UHGV virus genome: UHGV-2157276
Source of the DNA: a virus
Strand: one strand, 5' to 3'
Length of the DNA: 11,904 nucleotides
Position 1 is the first letter of the stretch; each line of letters begins with the position of its first letter. The translations under genes were made by a program, and so were the position numbers. A model generated the notes under the pieces. That model saw only the letters and a program-made list of their open reading frames with translations, ran no database searches and had not been told where the DNA came from. Shown here piece by piece: positions 1 through 7,208 of the stretch.

Positions 1-1284
1 TTACTTCTTCGCCTCTGCAACCACTTTACTACCCACGCCGCGGTTATTGTATTCCCACATGCGGTTGTAGTTAGTGTCATTCAGATTGCGCTGTATTTCG
101 TCGTTATCATCTACGCTGCCGGTATTACCCGCAAACGGACGATTAGAGATCACCGCATCGGCCCACGGTTTAGCCGTGTTAAAACCTTCGTTGATGGCGC
201 TATCACGGATCACCACCTGACCGTTGGTATTGGCATCAACATCCAGCGAGCGGCCCAGTTGCGCCACACCATCACCGAAAGCATTGAAACGGCTGTTTAC
301 GGCGAGGAAACCGTAGTAAATGTTGGACAGCGTAGCCGGTGCAAACACATACGCTTCTTGCTGAGTACGTGAGTTCACCACGCGGAATTCGGTGTTATCG
401 AACACCACTGCGCCGCGACCAGAAACGATATCCACATCCCCTTCAATGTAGCTGTTGGTCACCAGCGTACGCGGCTGACGATTTGTTTCCAGACGGTTCT
501 GCACACCGCTGTTGGTGACAAAGAAGGTGTTCTGACGACCGAGAATGTTAACGTTGTTAATCTGTACCTGGTCACCATCAGTACGCAGTGCCACCGCCGG
601 ATGGTTACCTGCATCTACGCTATCGCCCAGCGTGTTTTCGATGGTCAGATTTTGCAGTTGCAGGCCATTGTTTTGTGACCAGAAGACCGCAGAGCAGAGA
701 ACACCGATACTGTCGCTGCGTTTGCTCTGGCAGCTATCGTACATATACCACGCTGGTTTACCTGGCATATATTTGCCGCGCGGGTTGACGTCGTGACGCC
801 AGTCGGCAGGGCTCATGCCACCATCAAGGGAAAGCCCAATCTTCACATCAATCGGTTTTTCACCTGTACCGTACAGAGTAATTCCACCCGGAGCGGCAGG
901 GACATATACCGTTCCCTGATACTCACCAGGCATCACGGCAATATACTGGCGCTTGTTGGTACGCTTGATAATTGCCGCATCTACCGCCGCCTGAATCGTG
1001 GTATGCGTTACACCTTGAGTGCCCGCCGGGCCGACAACAAAGTCAGGTTGCGCAGGCAGGGTAATCGGGGAAGGATTCCACGCTGCAGCACCTGGTGTCA
1101 GGGATGCAAAATAGTGTTGAGCATCGAAATTCTGCGCTTCTTTTGCCGACAGAATCGGGCGAGAAGAGGTACCAGGCGCGGTTTGATCAGAAGGACGTTG
1201 ATCGGGCGGGGTTGAGCTACAGGCGGTCAGCGTCACGCCAAAAGCCAATGCCAGCGCCAGACGGGAAACTGAAAATGTGTTCAC
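1..1284 (-). CDS. ybhC: YbhC-type lipoprotein (pectinesterase-like / acyl-CoA thioesterase family); host gene flanking the lambda attachment site
   Basis: 427-codon ORF on the minus strand, GTG start at 1282-1284 with GGAG 6 nt upstream, stop at 1-3. N-terminal signal peptide with lipobox LTAC. Sequence recognised from memory as E. coli YbhC. Confidence 0.85.
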   Translation of the reverse strand: MNTFSVSRLALALAFGVTLTACSSTPPDQRPSDQTAPGTSSRPILSAKEAQNFDAQHYFASLTPGAAAWNPSPITLPAQPDFVVGPAGTQGVTHTTIQAAVDAAIIKRTNKRQYIAVMPGEYQGTVYVPAAPGGITLYGTGEKPIDVKIGLSLDGGMSPADWRHDVNPRGKYMPGKPAWYMYDSCQSKRSDSIGVLCSAVFWSQNNGLQLQNLTIENTLGDSVDAGNHPAVALRTDGDQVQINNVNILGRQNTFFVTNSGVQNRLETNRQPRTLVTNSYIEGDVDIVSGRGAVVFDNTEFRVVNSRTQQEAYVFAPATLSNIYYGFLAVNSRFNAFGDGVAQLGRSLDVDANTNGQVVIRDSAINEGFNTAKPWADAVISNRPFAGNTGSVDDNDEIQRNLNDTNYNRMWEYNNRGVGSKVVAEAKK

Positions 1285-1330
1285 AGGTTGCTCCGGGCTA
1301 TGAAATAGAAAAATGAATCCGTTGAAGCCT

Positions 1331-1345
1331 GCTTTTTTATACTAA
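1331..1345. other. attL: lambda-type att common core at the host/prophage junction
   Basis: Exact 15-bp core GCTTTTTTATACTAA. Left flank is ybhC upstream DNA (B arm); right flank 1346-1418 is A/T-rich lambda P'-arm-like sequence running directly into the int stop codon. Confidence 0.8.
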
Positions 1346-1418
1346 GTTGGCATTATAAAAAAGCATTGCTTATCAATTTGTTGCAACGAACAGGTCACTA
1401 TCAGTCAAAATAAAATCA

Positions 1419-2489
1419 TTATTTGATTTCAATTTTGTCCCACTCCCTGCCTCTGTCATCACGATACTGTGATGCCATGGTGTCCGACTTATGCCCGAGA
1501 AGATGTTGAGCAAATTTATCGCTTATCTGCTTCTCATAGAGTCTTGCAGACAAACTGCGCAACTCGTGAAAGGTTGGCGGATCCCCTTCGAAGGAGAGAC
1601 CTGATGCTTTTCGTGCGCGCATAAAATACCTTGATACTGTGCCGGATGAAAGCGGTTCACGACGAGTAGATGCAATTATGGTTTCTCCGCCAAGAATCTT
1701 TTTGCATTTATCAAGTGTTTCCTTCATTGATATCCCGAGAGCATCAACATGCAATGTTGTTGGGATGGCAATTTTTACGCCTGTTTTGCTTTGCTCGACA
1801 TAAAGATATCCATCTACGATATCAGACCACTTCATTTCGCATAAATCACCAACTCGCTGCCCGGTAACAACAGCCAGTTCCATTGCAAGTCTAAGCCAAC
1901 ATGGTGATGATTCTGCTGCTTGATAAATTTTCAGGTATTCGTCAGCCGTAAGTCTTGATCTCCTTACCTCTGATTTTGCAGCGCGAGTGGCTGCGACCGG
2001 GTTTGTTGTTATATGGCCTTCAGCCATAGCCTCTCGGAATGCATCGCTCAGTGTTGATCTGATTAACTTGGCTGATGCCGCCTTTCCCTCGTCTATGTAT
2101 CCATTGAGCATTGCCGCAATTTCTTTTGTGGTGATGTCTTCAAGTGGAGCATCAGGCAGACCCCTCCTTATTGCTTTAATTTTGCTCATGTAATTTATGA
2201 GTGTCTTCTGCTTGATTCCTCTGCTGGCCAGGATTTTTTCGTAGCGATCAAGCCATGAATGTAACGTAACGGAATTATCACTGTTGATTCTCGCTGTCAG
2301 AGGCTTGTGTTTGTGTCCTGAAAATAACTCAATGTTGGCCTGTATAGCTTCAGTGATTGCGATTCGCCTGTCTCGGCCTAATCCAAACTCTTTACCCGTC
2401 CTTGGGTCCCTGTAGCAGTAATATCCATTGTTTCTTATATAAAGGTTAGGGGGTAAATCCCGGCGCTCATGACTTCGCCTTCTTCCCAT
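1419..2489 (-). CDS. int: Lambda-type integrase (tyrosine recombinase), 356 aa
   Basis: ORF starts MGRRRSHERRDLPPNLYIRNNGYYCYRDPRTGKEF and ends REWDKIEIK, matching lambda Int as I recall it. ATG at 2487-2489; overlaps xis by 23 nt as in lambda. Confidence 0.95.
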   Translation of the reverse strand: MGRRRSHERRDLPPNLYIRNNGYYCYRDPRTGKEFGLGRDRRIAITEAIQANIELFSGHKHKPLTARINSDNSVTLHSWLDRYEKILASRGIKQKTLINYMSKIKAIRRGLPDAPLEDITTKEIAAMLNGYIDEGKAASAKLIRSTLSDAFREAMAEGHITTNPVAATRAAKSEVRRSRLTADEYLKIYQAAESSPCWLRLAMELAVVTGQRVGDLCEMKWSDIVDGYLYVEQSKTGVKIAIPTTLHVDALGISMKETLDKCKKILGGETIIASTRREPLSSGTVSRYFMRARKASGLSFEGDPPTFHELRSLSARLYEKQISDKFAQHLLGHKSDTMASQYRDDRGREWDKIEIK

Positions 2490-2685
2490 TTCTGATCCTC
2501 TTCAAAAGGCTACCTGTTACTGGTCGATTTAAGTCAACCTTTACCGCTGATTCGTGGAACAGATATTCTCTTCCATCCTTAACCGGAGGAGGGAATATCC
2601 TGCATTCGCGCACCCATCGACGAACTGTTTCAAGGCTTCTTGGGCGTCGCTGGCGAGCGTTCCACTCCTGAAGTGTCAAGTACAT
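2467..2685 (-). CDS. xis: Excisionase Xis, 72 aa
   Basis: ORF MYLTLQEWNARQRRPRSLETVRRWVRECRIFPPPVKDGREYLFHESAVKVDLNRP matches lambda Xis; ATG at 2683-2685; 3' end overlaps the int start. Confidence 0.9.
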   Translation of the reverse strand: MYLTLQEWNARQRRPRSLETVRRWVRECRIFPPPVKDGREYLFHESAVKVDLNRPVTGSLLKRIRNGKKAKS

Positions 2686-2712
2686 CGCAAAGTCTCCGCA
2701 ATTACACGCAAG

Positions 2713-2733
2713 AAAAAACCGCCATCAGGCGGC
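2713..2733 (-). terminator. Candidate intrinsic terminator on the leftward transcript just upstream of xis
   Basis: On the minus strand, stem CCGCC / loop TGAT / GGCGG followed by TTTTTTC. The plus strand has no U-tract after the stem. Confidence 0.35.
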
Positions 2734-2844
2734 TTGGTGTTCTTTCAGTTCTTCAATTCGAATATTGGTTATGTCTGCATGTGCTATCTGCGCCCATATC
2801 ATCCAGTGGTCATAGCAGTCATTGATGTTCTCTGCTTCGATATC

Positions 2845-2874
2845 TGGCTGAAAGAGGGGGTTATTAAGGCGTGA
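2845..2874 (+). pseudogene. 3'-terminal remnant (about 10 codons) of a ybcO/nin-region gene whose stop overlaps the rusA start
   Basis: Frame ending [13 protein letters not shown] (stop 2872-2874) overlapping GTG 2871 of rusA resembles the C-terminus of DLP12 YbcO as I recall it. Upstream of about 2845 the frame is antisense xis-flanking DNA with no coherent coding signal. Exact boundary is uncertain. Confidence 0.3.
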
Positions 2875-3233
2875 ATACCTACAGCATCACATTACCCTGG
2901 CCTCCGAGCAATAATCGCTATTACCGCCATAATCGCGGGCGCACACACATCAGCGCAGAAGGGCAGGCATACCGCGATAACGTCACCCGAATCATTAAAA
3001 ACGCAATGCTGGATATCGGCCTGGCTATGCCAGTGAAAATCCGTATTGAGTGCCACATGCCGGATCGCCGTCGCCGTGACCTGGATAATCTGCAAAAAGC
3101 CGCTTTTGACGCACTCACCAAAGCAGGTTTCTGGCTGGATGATGCTCAGGTCGTTGATTACCGCGTTGTGAAGATGCCTGTTACCAAAGGTGGGAGGCTG
3201 GAACTGACCATCACCGAAATGGGGAATGAATGA
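2871..3233 (+). CDS. rusA: RusA-type Holliday junction resolvase, 120 aa
   Basis: GTG start at 2871. Protein [26 protein letters not shown]...[12 protein letters not shown] is recognised as RusA (nin-region resolvase of lambdoid phages / DLP12). Confidence 0.9.
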   Translation: MNTYSITLPWPPSNNRYYRHNRGRTHISAEGQAYRDNVTRIIKNAMLDIGLAMPVKIRIECHMPDRRRRDLDNLQKAAFDALTKAGFWLDDAQVVDYRVVKMPVTKGGRLELTITEMGNE

Positions 3234-3370
3234 TGTTTGAGTTTAATATGGCAGAACTTCTTCGCCACCGCTGGATGCGCCTGCGCTTATATCGTTTCCC
3301 CAGTTCTGTTTTGACCGATTACCGAATACTGAGGAATTACGCCAAAACCCTGACAGGAGCAGGAGTATGA
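3230..3370 (+). CDS. ylcG: Small protein YlcG-like, 46 aa; not in the supplied ORF track
   Basis: ATGATG at 3230-3235 overlaps the rusA stop (3231-3233). Hand translation gives [46 protein letters not shown], stop TGA at 3368-3370. Matches DLP12 YlcG from memory. Confidence 0.6.
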   Translation: MMFEFNMAELLRHRWMRLRLYRFPSSVLTDYRILRNYAKTLTGAGV

Positions 3371-3455
3371 AGTCAGAGATAACAATCAACTAATACTGTT
3401 TTATTGATTTTTGCTTGTAATTGGCGTTCTGGTCTGATTTTTGTGGAGTAAGTTG

Positions 3456-3839
3456 ATGCGTGATATTCAGATGGTTCTTGAGCGTTGGGGAGCGTGGGCG
3501 GCTAATAATCATGAAGATGTGACCTGGTCGTCCATTGCCGCCGGTTTTAAGGGATTAATTACTTCAAAAGTAAAATCTCGCCCGCAATGTTGTGACGATG
3601 ACGCGATGATCATTTGCGGGTGCATGGCCCGTCTGAAAAAGAACAACAGCGATTTGCACGATTTATTAGTAGATTATTATGTAGTCGGTATGACATTCAT
3701 GTCACTGGCAGGTAAGCATTGCTGCTCTGATGGTTATATCGGGAAAAGGTTACAGAAGGCTGAGGGTATAATTGAAGGGATGTTAATGGCATTAGATATC
3801 CGGTTAGAGATGGATATCGTTGTTAATAACTCTAATTAA
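3456..3839 (+). CDS. quuD: Late-gene antiterminator Q (QuuD-type), 127 aa
   Basis: ATG at 3456 preceded by GGAG (3445-3448, 7-nt spacer). Protein [24 protein letters not shown]...[11 protein letters not shown]. The ORF track starts at an upstream TTG (3441), which is less likely. Confidence 0.85.
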   Translation: MRDIQMVLERWGAWAANNHEDVTWSSIAAGFKGLITSKVKSRPQCCDDDAMIICGCMARLKKNNSDLHDLLVDYYVVGMTFMSLAGKHCCSDGYIGKRLQKAEGIIEGMLMALDIRLEMDIVVNNSN

Positions 3840-3849
3840 TATGCCAATT

Positions 3850-3891
3850 GTTTACTAAAAATTATTAAAAATGGGGCGTTGAGACGCCCCC
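3850..3891 (-). terminator. Intrinsic terminator for the minus-strand porin transcript
   Basis: Stem GGGGCGT / loop TGAG / ACGCCCC at 3873-3890; on the minus strand it is followed by ATTTTTAATAATTTTT. Confidence 0.5.
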
Positions 3892-3978
3892 AAAAATAAA
3901 GGGTAATATATAACAGAAGGTTTATATAGTTAGAAGCAAGGTTGTGCTCCTAAAGGAAGTGGCTTGAGGGAGCCACTT

Positions 3979-4012
3979 ATATGTTGGGGAGGCAAAGCCT
4001 CCCGCAACATAT
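3979..4012. terminator. Long stem-loop between Q and the nmpC 3' end; possible plus-strand terminator or mRNA-stabilising hairpin
   Basis: ATATGTTG-GGGAGGC / loop AAA / GCCTCCC-g-CAACATAT, a 15-bp stem with one bulge, followed on the plus strand by CTTTTAG. A second hairpin AAGTGGCT-tgaggg-AGCCACTT lies at 3957-3978. Confidence 0.4.
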
Positions 4013-4027
4013 CTTTTAGTAATCAAA

Positions 4028-5110
4028 TTAGAACTGGTAAACCATACCTACAGCAACGATATCATCGGTAGCAACGCCAGATGCTTTCGTGAAATCGCTC
4101 TTATCAATCAGGTTGATTTTGTAATCAACAAAAGTGGACATATTTTTGTTGAAGTAATAGGTTGCACCTACATCAATATATTCAACCAGGTCCTGATCAC
4201 CCCACGCACCCAAGTCTTTTCCTTTAGATTGCAGGTAAGCAACGGACGGACGCAGACCGAAGTCGAACTGATATTGTGCAACTACTTCGAAGTTTTGTGC
4301 TTTGTTGGCAATATGGTTATTACCAAAAACAGTCATGTTCTGGGTTTCAGAATAGGTGGTAGCCAGATAGATGTTGTTCGCATCATATTTCAGACCAGCT
4401 GCCCATACTTCAGCATTTTGACCAGATGCATTCAGGCTGTTGTTACCGTAGATAACCTGATTATTAGTGCGGTCAGATTTAGCATAGGTTGCACCTACAC
4501 CGAATCCTTCATACTCATAAGTAGTGGAGAAACCGAAACCATCACCATTAGCTTCAGTTACGTCAGTGCGGTCATTTTTACCCTGATACTGAGCAGCAAA
4601 GTTCAGACCATCAACCAGACCAAAGAAGTCATTGTTACGATAAGTTGCAACACCTGTGGTGCGACCAGTCATGAATACATCTGTTTGGGTCCAGGTATCG
4701 CCACCGAATTCTGGCAGAACGTCGGTCCATGCACCAATATCGTATGCTACACCGTAGTTACGGCCATAATCGATGGAGCCGTAGTCACCGAATTTCAGGC
4801 CAGCGAAGGCAAGACGGGTTTTATCTTTGGAGGAACCTTGAGATTCAGCGCGGTTGCCTTTGAATTCATATTCCCACTGACCGAAACCAGTCAGTTGATC
4901 GTTGATTTGGGTTTCACCTTTGAAGCCAAGACGGGCATAAGTAGTATCACCATCATCTGCATCATTAGAGGAGAAGTAGTGCTTAGCATTAACTTTCCCG
5001 TACAGATCCAGCTTGTTACTGTCTTTATTATAAATTTCAGCTGCCTGAGCAGACATCGCCATCAGTACTGATGCAGCTACAGCAGAAATTGCCACTGTTA
5101 ATTTTTTCAT
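4028..5110 (-). CDS. nmpC: General-diffusion porin of the OmpC/PhoE/NmpC family, apparently intact (360 aa)
   Basis: Start ATG at 5108-5110 gives [23 protein letters not shown] signal peptide then [16 protein letters not shown]; C-terminus ends VAVGMVYQF with the terminal Phe typical of porins. The ORF track's upstream start (5185) adds 25 non-porin residues. No IS interruption. Confidence 0.9.
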   Translation of the reverse strand: MKKLTVAISAVAASVLMAMSAQAAEIYNKDSNKLDLYGKVNAKHYFSSNDADDGDTTYARLGFKGETQINDQLTGFGQWEYEFKGNRAESQGSSKDKTRLAFAGLKFGDYGSIDYGRNYGVAYDIGAWTDVLPEFGGDTWTQTDVFMTGRTTGVATYRNNDFFGLVDGLNFAAQYQGKNDRTDVTEANGDGFGFSTTYEYEGFGVGATYAKSDRTNNQVIYGNNSLNASGQNAEVWAAGLKYDANNIYLATTYSETQNMTVFGNNHIANKAQNFEVVAQYQFDFGLRPSVAYLQSKGKDLGAWGDQDLVEYIDVGATYYFNKNMSTFVDYKINLIDKSDFTKASGVATDDIVAVGMVYQF

Positions 5111-5140
5111 CGTGAGCCCTTTTTTTGAACTATTATTAAA

Positions 5141-5170
5141 AAATGATGTCACTGCAAATGATGTCACTGC
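5141..5170. repeat. Perfect tandem direct repeat, 2 x 15 bp (AAATGATGTCACTGC), 31-60 nt upstream of the nmpC start codon
   Basis: Read directly: 5141-5155 and 5156-5170 are identical. Confidence 0.85.
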
Positions 5171-5356
5171 GCGATAAATATTCATCTAATCAATGTGATT
5201 ATTTCAAGATGTAAGTTTTGGTTTCTCATTTGATTTGTGAAGTAGATCTCTATTTTTATCTGAACTTTTTCTATCGAATCCTATTCATGGCTCTTGGCTG
5301 AATAAAAATAAATCTATTAGCCAATTTATATTAATGGCTGTTATTTATAAGTGCTC

Positions 5357-5362
5357 TATAAT
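5357..5362 (+). promoter_or_regulatory. Candidate -10 hexamer of the late promoter (pR'-like)
   Basis: Perfect TATAAT on the plus strand about 190 nt upstream of the terminator at 5552-5584, similar spacing to lambda pR'/tR' (about 194-nt 6S RNA). No convincing -35 found. Confidence 0.3.
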
Positions 5363-5551
5363 TTGAAGATTCAATTTAAACCAGCTAAAAATAACGCTGG
5401 AAATTATTTGTTGGTTATTTGTTGAGATTTGCTTATGTATTTGTAGTGGTGTTTTCAATACTCGGTAGCATTCTCGCAAATATCATTTAGTGGTTTACGT
5501 ACGTAAAAAATTGGTTATGCTGTTAAGAGTGGTTACTTCGTCACACAGCTT

Positions 5552-5584
5552 AAACCCGCCGTCGAGCGGGTTTTTCCATTTTTT
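5552..5584 (+). terminator. Intrinsic terminator upstream of the lysis genes (tR'-like)
   Basis: AAACCCGC / loop CGTCGA / GCGGGTTT followed by TTTTTCCATTTTTT on the plus strand. Confidence 0.6.
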
Positions 5585-5712
5585 GAGTCTCGATATTAGC
5601 TGATAACCCAATACCTGAGTTATTCACTGACTCCGAGTCTGTTACGTTTCTGCTTTTTTGCGATACGTTGTATTCCCTCAATTTACACCCGCTTTGTCTG
5701 CGAGGTGGGGTT

Positions 5713-5928
5713 ATGAAATCCATGGATAAGTTAACAACGGGTGTCGCCTATGGCACCTCAGCAGGTAGTGCCGGTTACTGGTTTTTACAGCTGCTCGATA
5801 AAGTCACGCCCTCACAGTGGGCAGCAATAGGTGTGCTGGGTAGCCTGGTATTTGGCCTGCTGACGTACCTGACAAACCTTTATTTCAAGATTAAAGAAGA
5901 TAAGCGCAAGGCTGCGAGAGGTGAATAA
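5713..5928 (+). CDS. essD: Phage-21-type pinholin with dual-start motif (antiholin/holin), 71 aa
   Basis: ATG at 5713 preceded by [80 protein letters not shown]; two TM segments, Met1-Lys-Ser-Met4 dual start, charged C-terminus. The ORF track start (5668) is upstream with no RBS. Confidence 0.9.
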
Positions 5929-6425
5929 TGCCTCCATCATTACGAAAAGCCGTTGCTGCTGCTATTGGTGGCGGAGCAATTGCTATAGCATCAGTGTTAA
6001 TTACTGGCCCAAGTGGTAACGATGGTCTGGAAGGTGTCAGCTACGTACCATACAAAGATATCGTTGGCGTATGGACTGTATGTCACGGACACACCGGAAA
6101 AGACATCATGCTCGGTAAAACGTATACCAAAGCAGAATGCAAAGCACTCTTGAATAAAGACCTTGCCACTGTCGCCAGACAAATTAACCCGTACATCAAA
6201 GTCGATATACCGGAAACAACGCGCGGCGCTCTTTACTCATTCGTTTACAACGTGGGTGCTGGCAATTTCAGAACATCGACGCTTCTTCGCAAAATAAACC
6301 AGGGCGATATCAAAGGCGCATGTGATCAGCTACGTCGCTGGACATATGCTGGCGGTAAGCAATGGAAAGGTCTCATGACTCGTCGTGAGATTGAGCGTGA
6401 AATCTGTTTGTGGGGTCAGCAATGA
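5928..6425 (+). CDS. rrrD: SAR endolysin (T4-lysozyme-like, phage 21 R-type), 165 aa
   Basis: Start overlaps the holin stop (TAATG). N-terminal Gly/Ala-rich weakly hydrophobic segment [18 protein letters not shown] (signal-anchor-release domain), followed by an E..D..T motif region ([17 protein letters not shown]). Confidence 0.9.
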   Translation: MPPSLRKAVAAAIGGGAIAIASVLITGPSGNDGLEGVSYVPYKDIVGVWTVCHGHTGKDIMLGKTYTKAECKALLNKDLATVARQINPYIKVDIPETTRGALYSFVYNVGAGNFRTSTLLRKINQGDIKGACDQLRRWTYAGGKQWKGLMTRREIEREICLWGQQ

Positions 6426-6883
6426 ACAGAGTAACCGCGATTATCTCCGCTCTGGTTATCTGCATCATCGTCTACCTGTCATGGGCTGTTAATCATTACC
6501 GTGATAACGCCATTACCTACAAAGCCCAGCGCGACAAAAATGCCAGAGAACTGAAGCTGGCGAACGCGGCAATTACTGACATGCAGATGCGTCAGCGTGA
6601 TGTTGCTGCGCTCGATGCAAAATACACGAAGGAGTTAGCTGATGCGAAAGCTGAAAATGATGCTCTGCGTGATGATGTTGCCGCTGGTCGTCGTCGGTTG
6701 CACATCAAAGCAGTCTGTCAGTCAGTGCGTGAAGCCACCACCGCCTCCGGCGTGGATAATGCAGCCTCCCCCCGACTGGCAGACACCGCTGAACGGGATT
6801 ATTTCACCCTCAGAGAGAGGCTGATCACTATGCAAAAACAACTGGAAGGAACCCAGAAGTATATTAATGAGCAGTGCAGATAG
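6422..6883 (+). CDS. rzpD: Spanin inner-membrane subunit Rz, 153 aa
   Basis: ATG at 6422 overlaps the endolysin stop (ATGA). N-terminal TM segment [19 protein letters not shown] then coiled-coil-like sequence. From the start of this gene the DNA appears lambda-like. Confidence 0.9.
   Translation: MNRVTAIISALVICIIVYLSWAVNHYRDNAITYKAQRDKNARELKLANAAITDMQMRQRDVAALDAKYTKELADAKAENDALRDDVAAGRRRLHIKAVCQSVREATTASGVDNAASPRLADTAERDYFTLRERLITMQKQLEGTQKYINEQCR
6642..6824 (+). CDS. rzoD: Spanin outer-membrane lipoprotein Rz1, 60 aa, embedded in the +1 frame of Rz
   Basis: [20 protein letters not shown] lipoprotein signal with lipobox, Pro-rich mature region [16 protein letters not shown]; entirely inside Rz. 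Confidence 0.85.
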   Translation: MRKLKMMLCVMMLPLVVVGCTSKQSVSQCVKPPPPPAWIMQPPPDWQTPLNGIISPSERG

Positions 6884-6884
6884 A

Positions 6885-6906
6885 GTTGCCCATATCGATG
6901 GGCAAC
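6885..6906. terminator. Hairpin between convergent Rz and bor; possible bidirectional terminator
   Basis: GTTGCCCAT / ATCG / ATGGGCAAC, 9-bp perfect arms, 2 nt after the Rz stop and 9 nt before the bor stop. U-tracts are weak on both strands. Confidence 0.4.
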
Positions 6907-6914
6907 TCATGCAA

Positions 6915-7208
6915 TTATTGTGAGCAATACACACGCGCTTCCAGCGGAGTATAAATGCCTAAAGTAATAAAACCGAGCAATCCATTTACGAATGTTTGCT
7001 GGGTTTCTGTTTTAACAACATTTTCTGCGCCGCCACAAATTTTGGCTGCATCGACAGTTTTCTTCTGCCCAATTCCAGAAACGAAGAAATGATGGGTGAT
7101 GGTTTCCTTTGGTGCTACTGCTGCCGGTTTGTTTTGAACAGTAAACGTCTGTTGAGCACATCCTGTAATAAGCAGGGCCAGCGCAGTAGCGAGTAGCATT
7201 TTTTTCAT
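6915..7208 (-). CDS. bor: Bor outer-membrane lipoprotein, 97 aa
   Basis: MKKMLLATALALLITGC signal with lipobox, then AQQTFTVQNKPAAVAPKETITHHFFVSGIG...; matches lambda Bor from memory. Confidence 0.9.
   Translation of the reverse strand: MKKMLLATALALLITGCAQQTFTVQNKPAAVAPKETITHHFFVSGIGQKKTVDAAKICGGAENVVKTETQQTFVNGLLGFITLGIYTPLEARVYCSQ

Noticed and set aside
545-1316. Plus-strand ORFs at 545-796, 588-788, 793-1215 and 1095-1316
   Set aside because: Antisense to ybhC, no RBS and Arg/Cys-rich artefactual translations.
1670-2193. Plus-strand ORFs at 1670-1867 and 1987-2193
   Set aside because: Antisense within int.
2554-2874. 106-aa plus-strand ORF ending at the rusA start
   Set aside because: Most of it is antisense to xis and the xis-flanking region. 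Only the last roughly 10 codons look like genuine coding sequence (ybcO-like remnant), which I report separately as a low-confidence pseudogene fragment.
2892-3121. Minus-strand ORFs at 2892-3095 and 2921-3121
   Set aside because: Antisense within rusA.
3840-3872. Possible late promoter immediately downstream of Q (TTGTTT ... TATTAA)
   Set aside because: Spacing between the hexamers is too short (11-14 nt) and the region is followed by hairpins rather than a terminated leader. The 5357-5584 arrangement fits the pR'/tR' model better.
4229-5071. 280-aa plus-strand ORF
   Set aside because: Lies entirely antisense inside the porin gene, has no RBS and an odd, low-complexity composition. The minus-strand porin reading is unambiguous.
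4028-5110. Looked for an IS insertion interrupting the porin gene
   Set aside because: The reading frame is continuous from signal peptide to C-terminal Phe with no inverted-repeat-bounded insert.
5997-7196. Small ORFs at 5997-6182 (-), 6722-6934 (-) and 6996-7196 (+)
   Set aside because: Antisense to the endolysin, Rz/Rz1 and bor respectively; no independent support.
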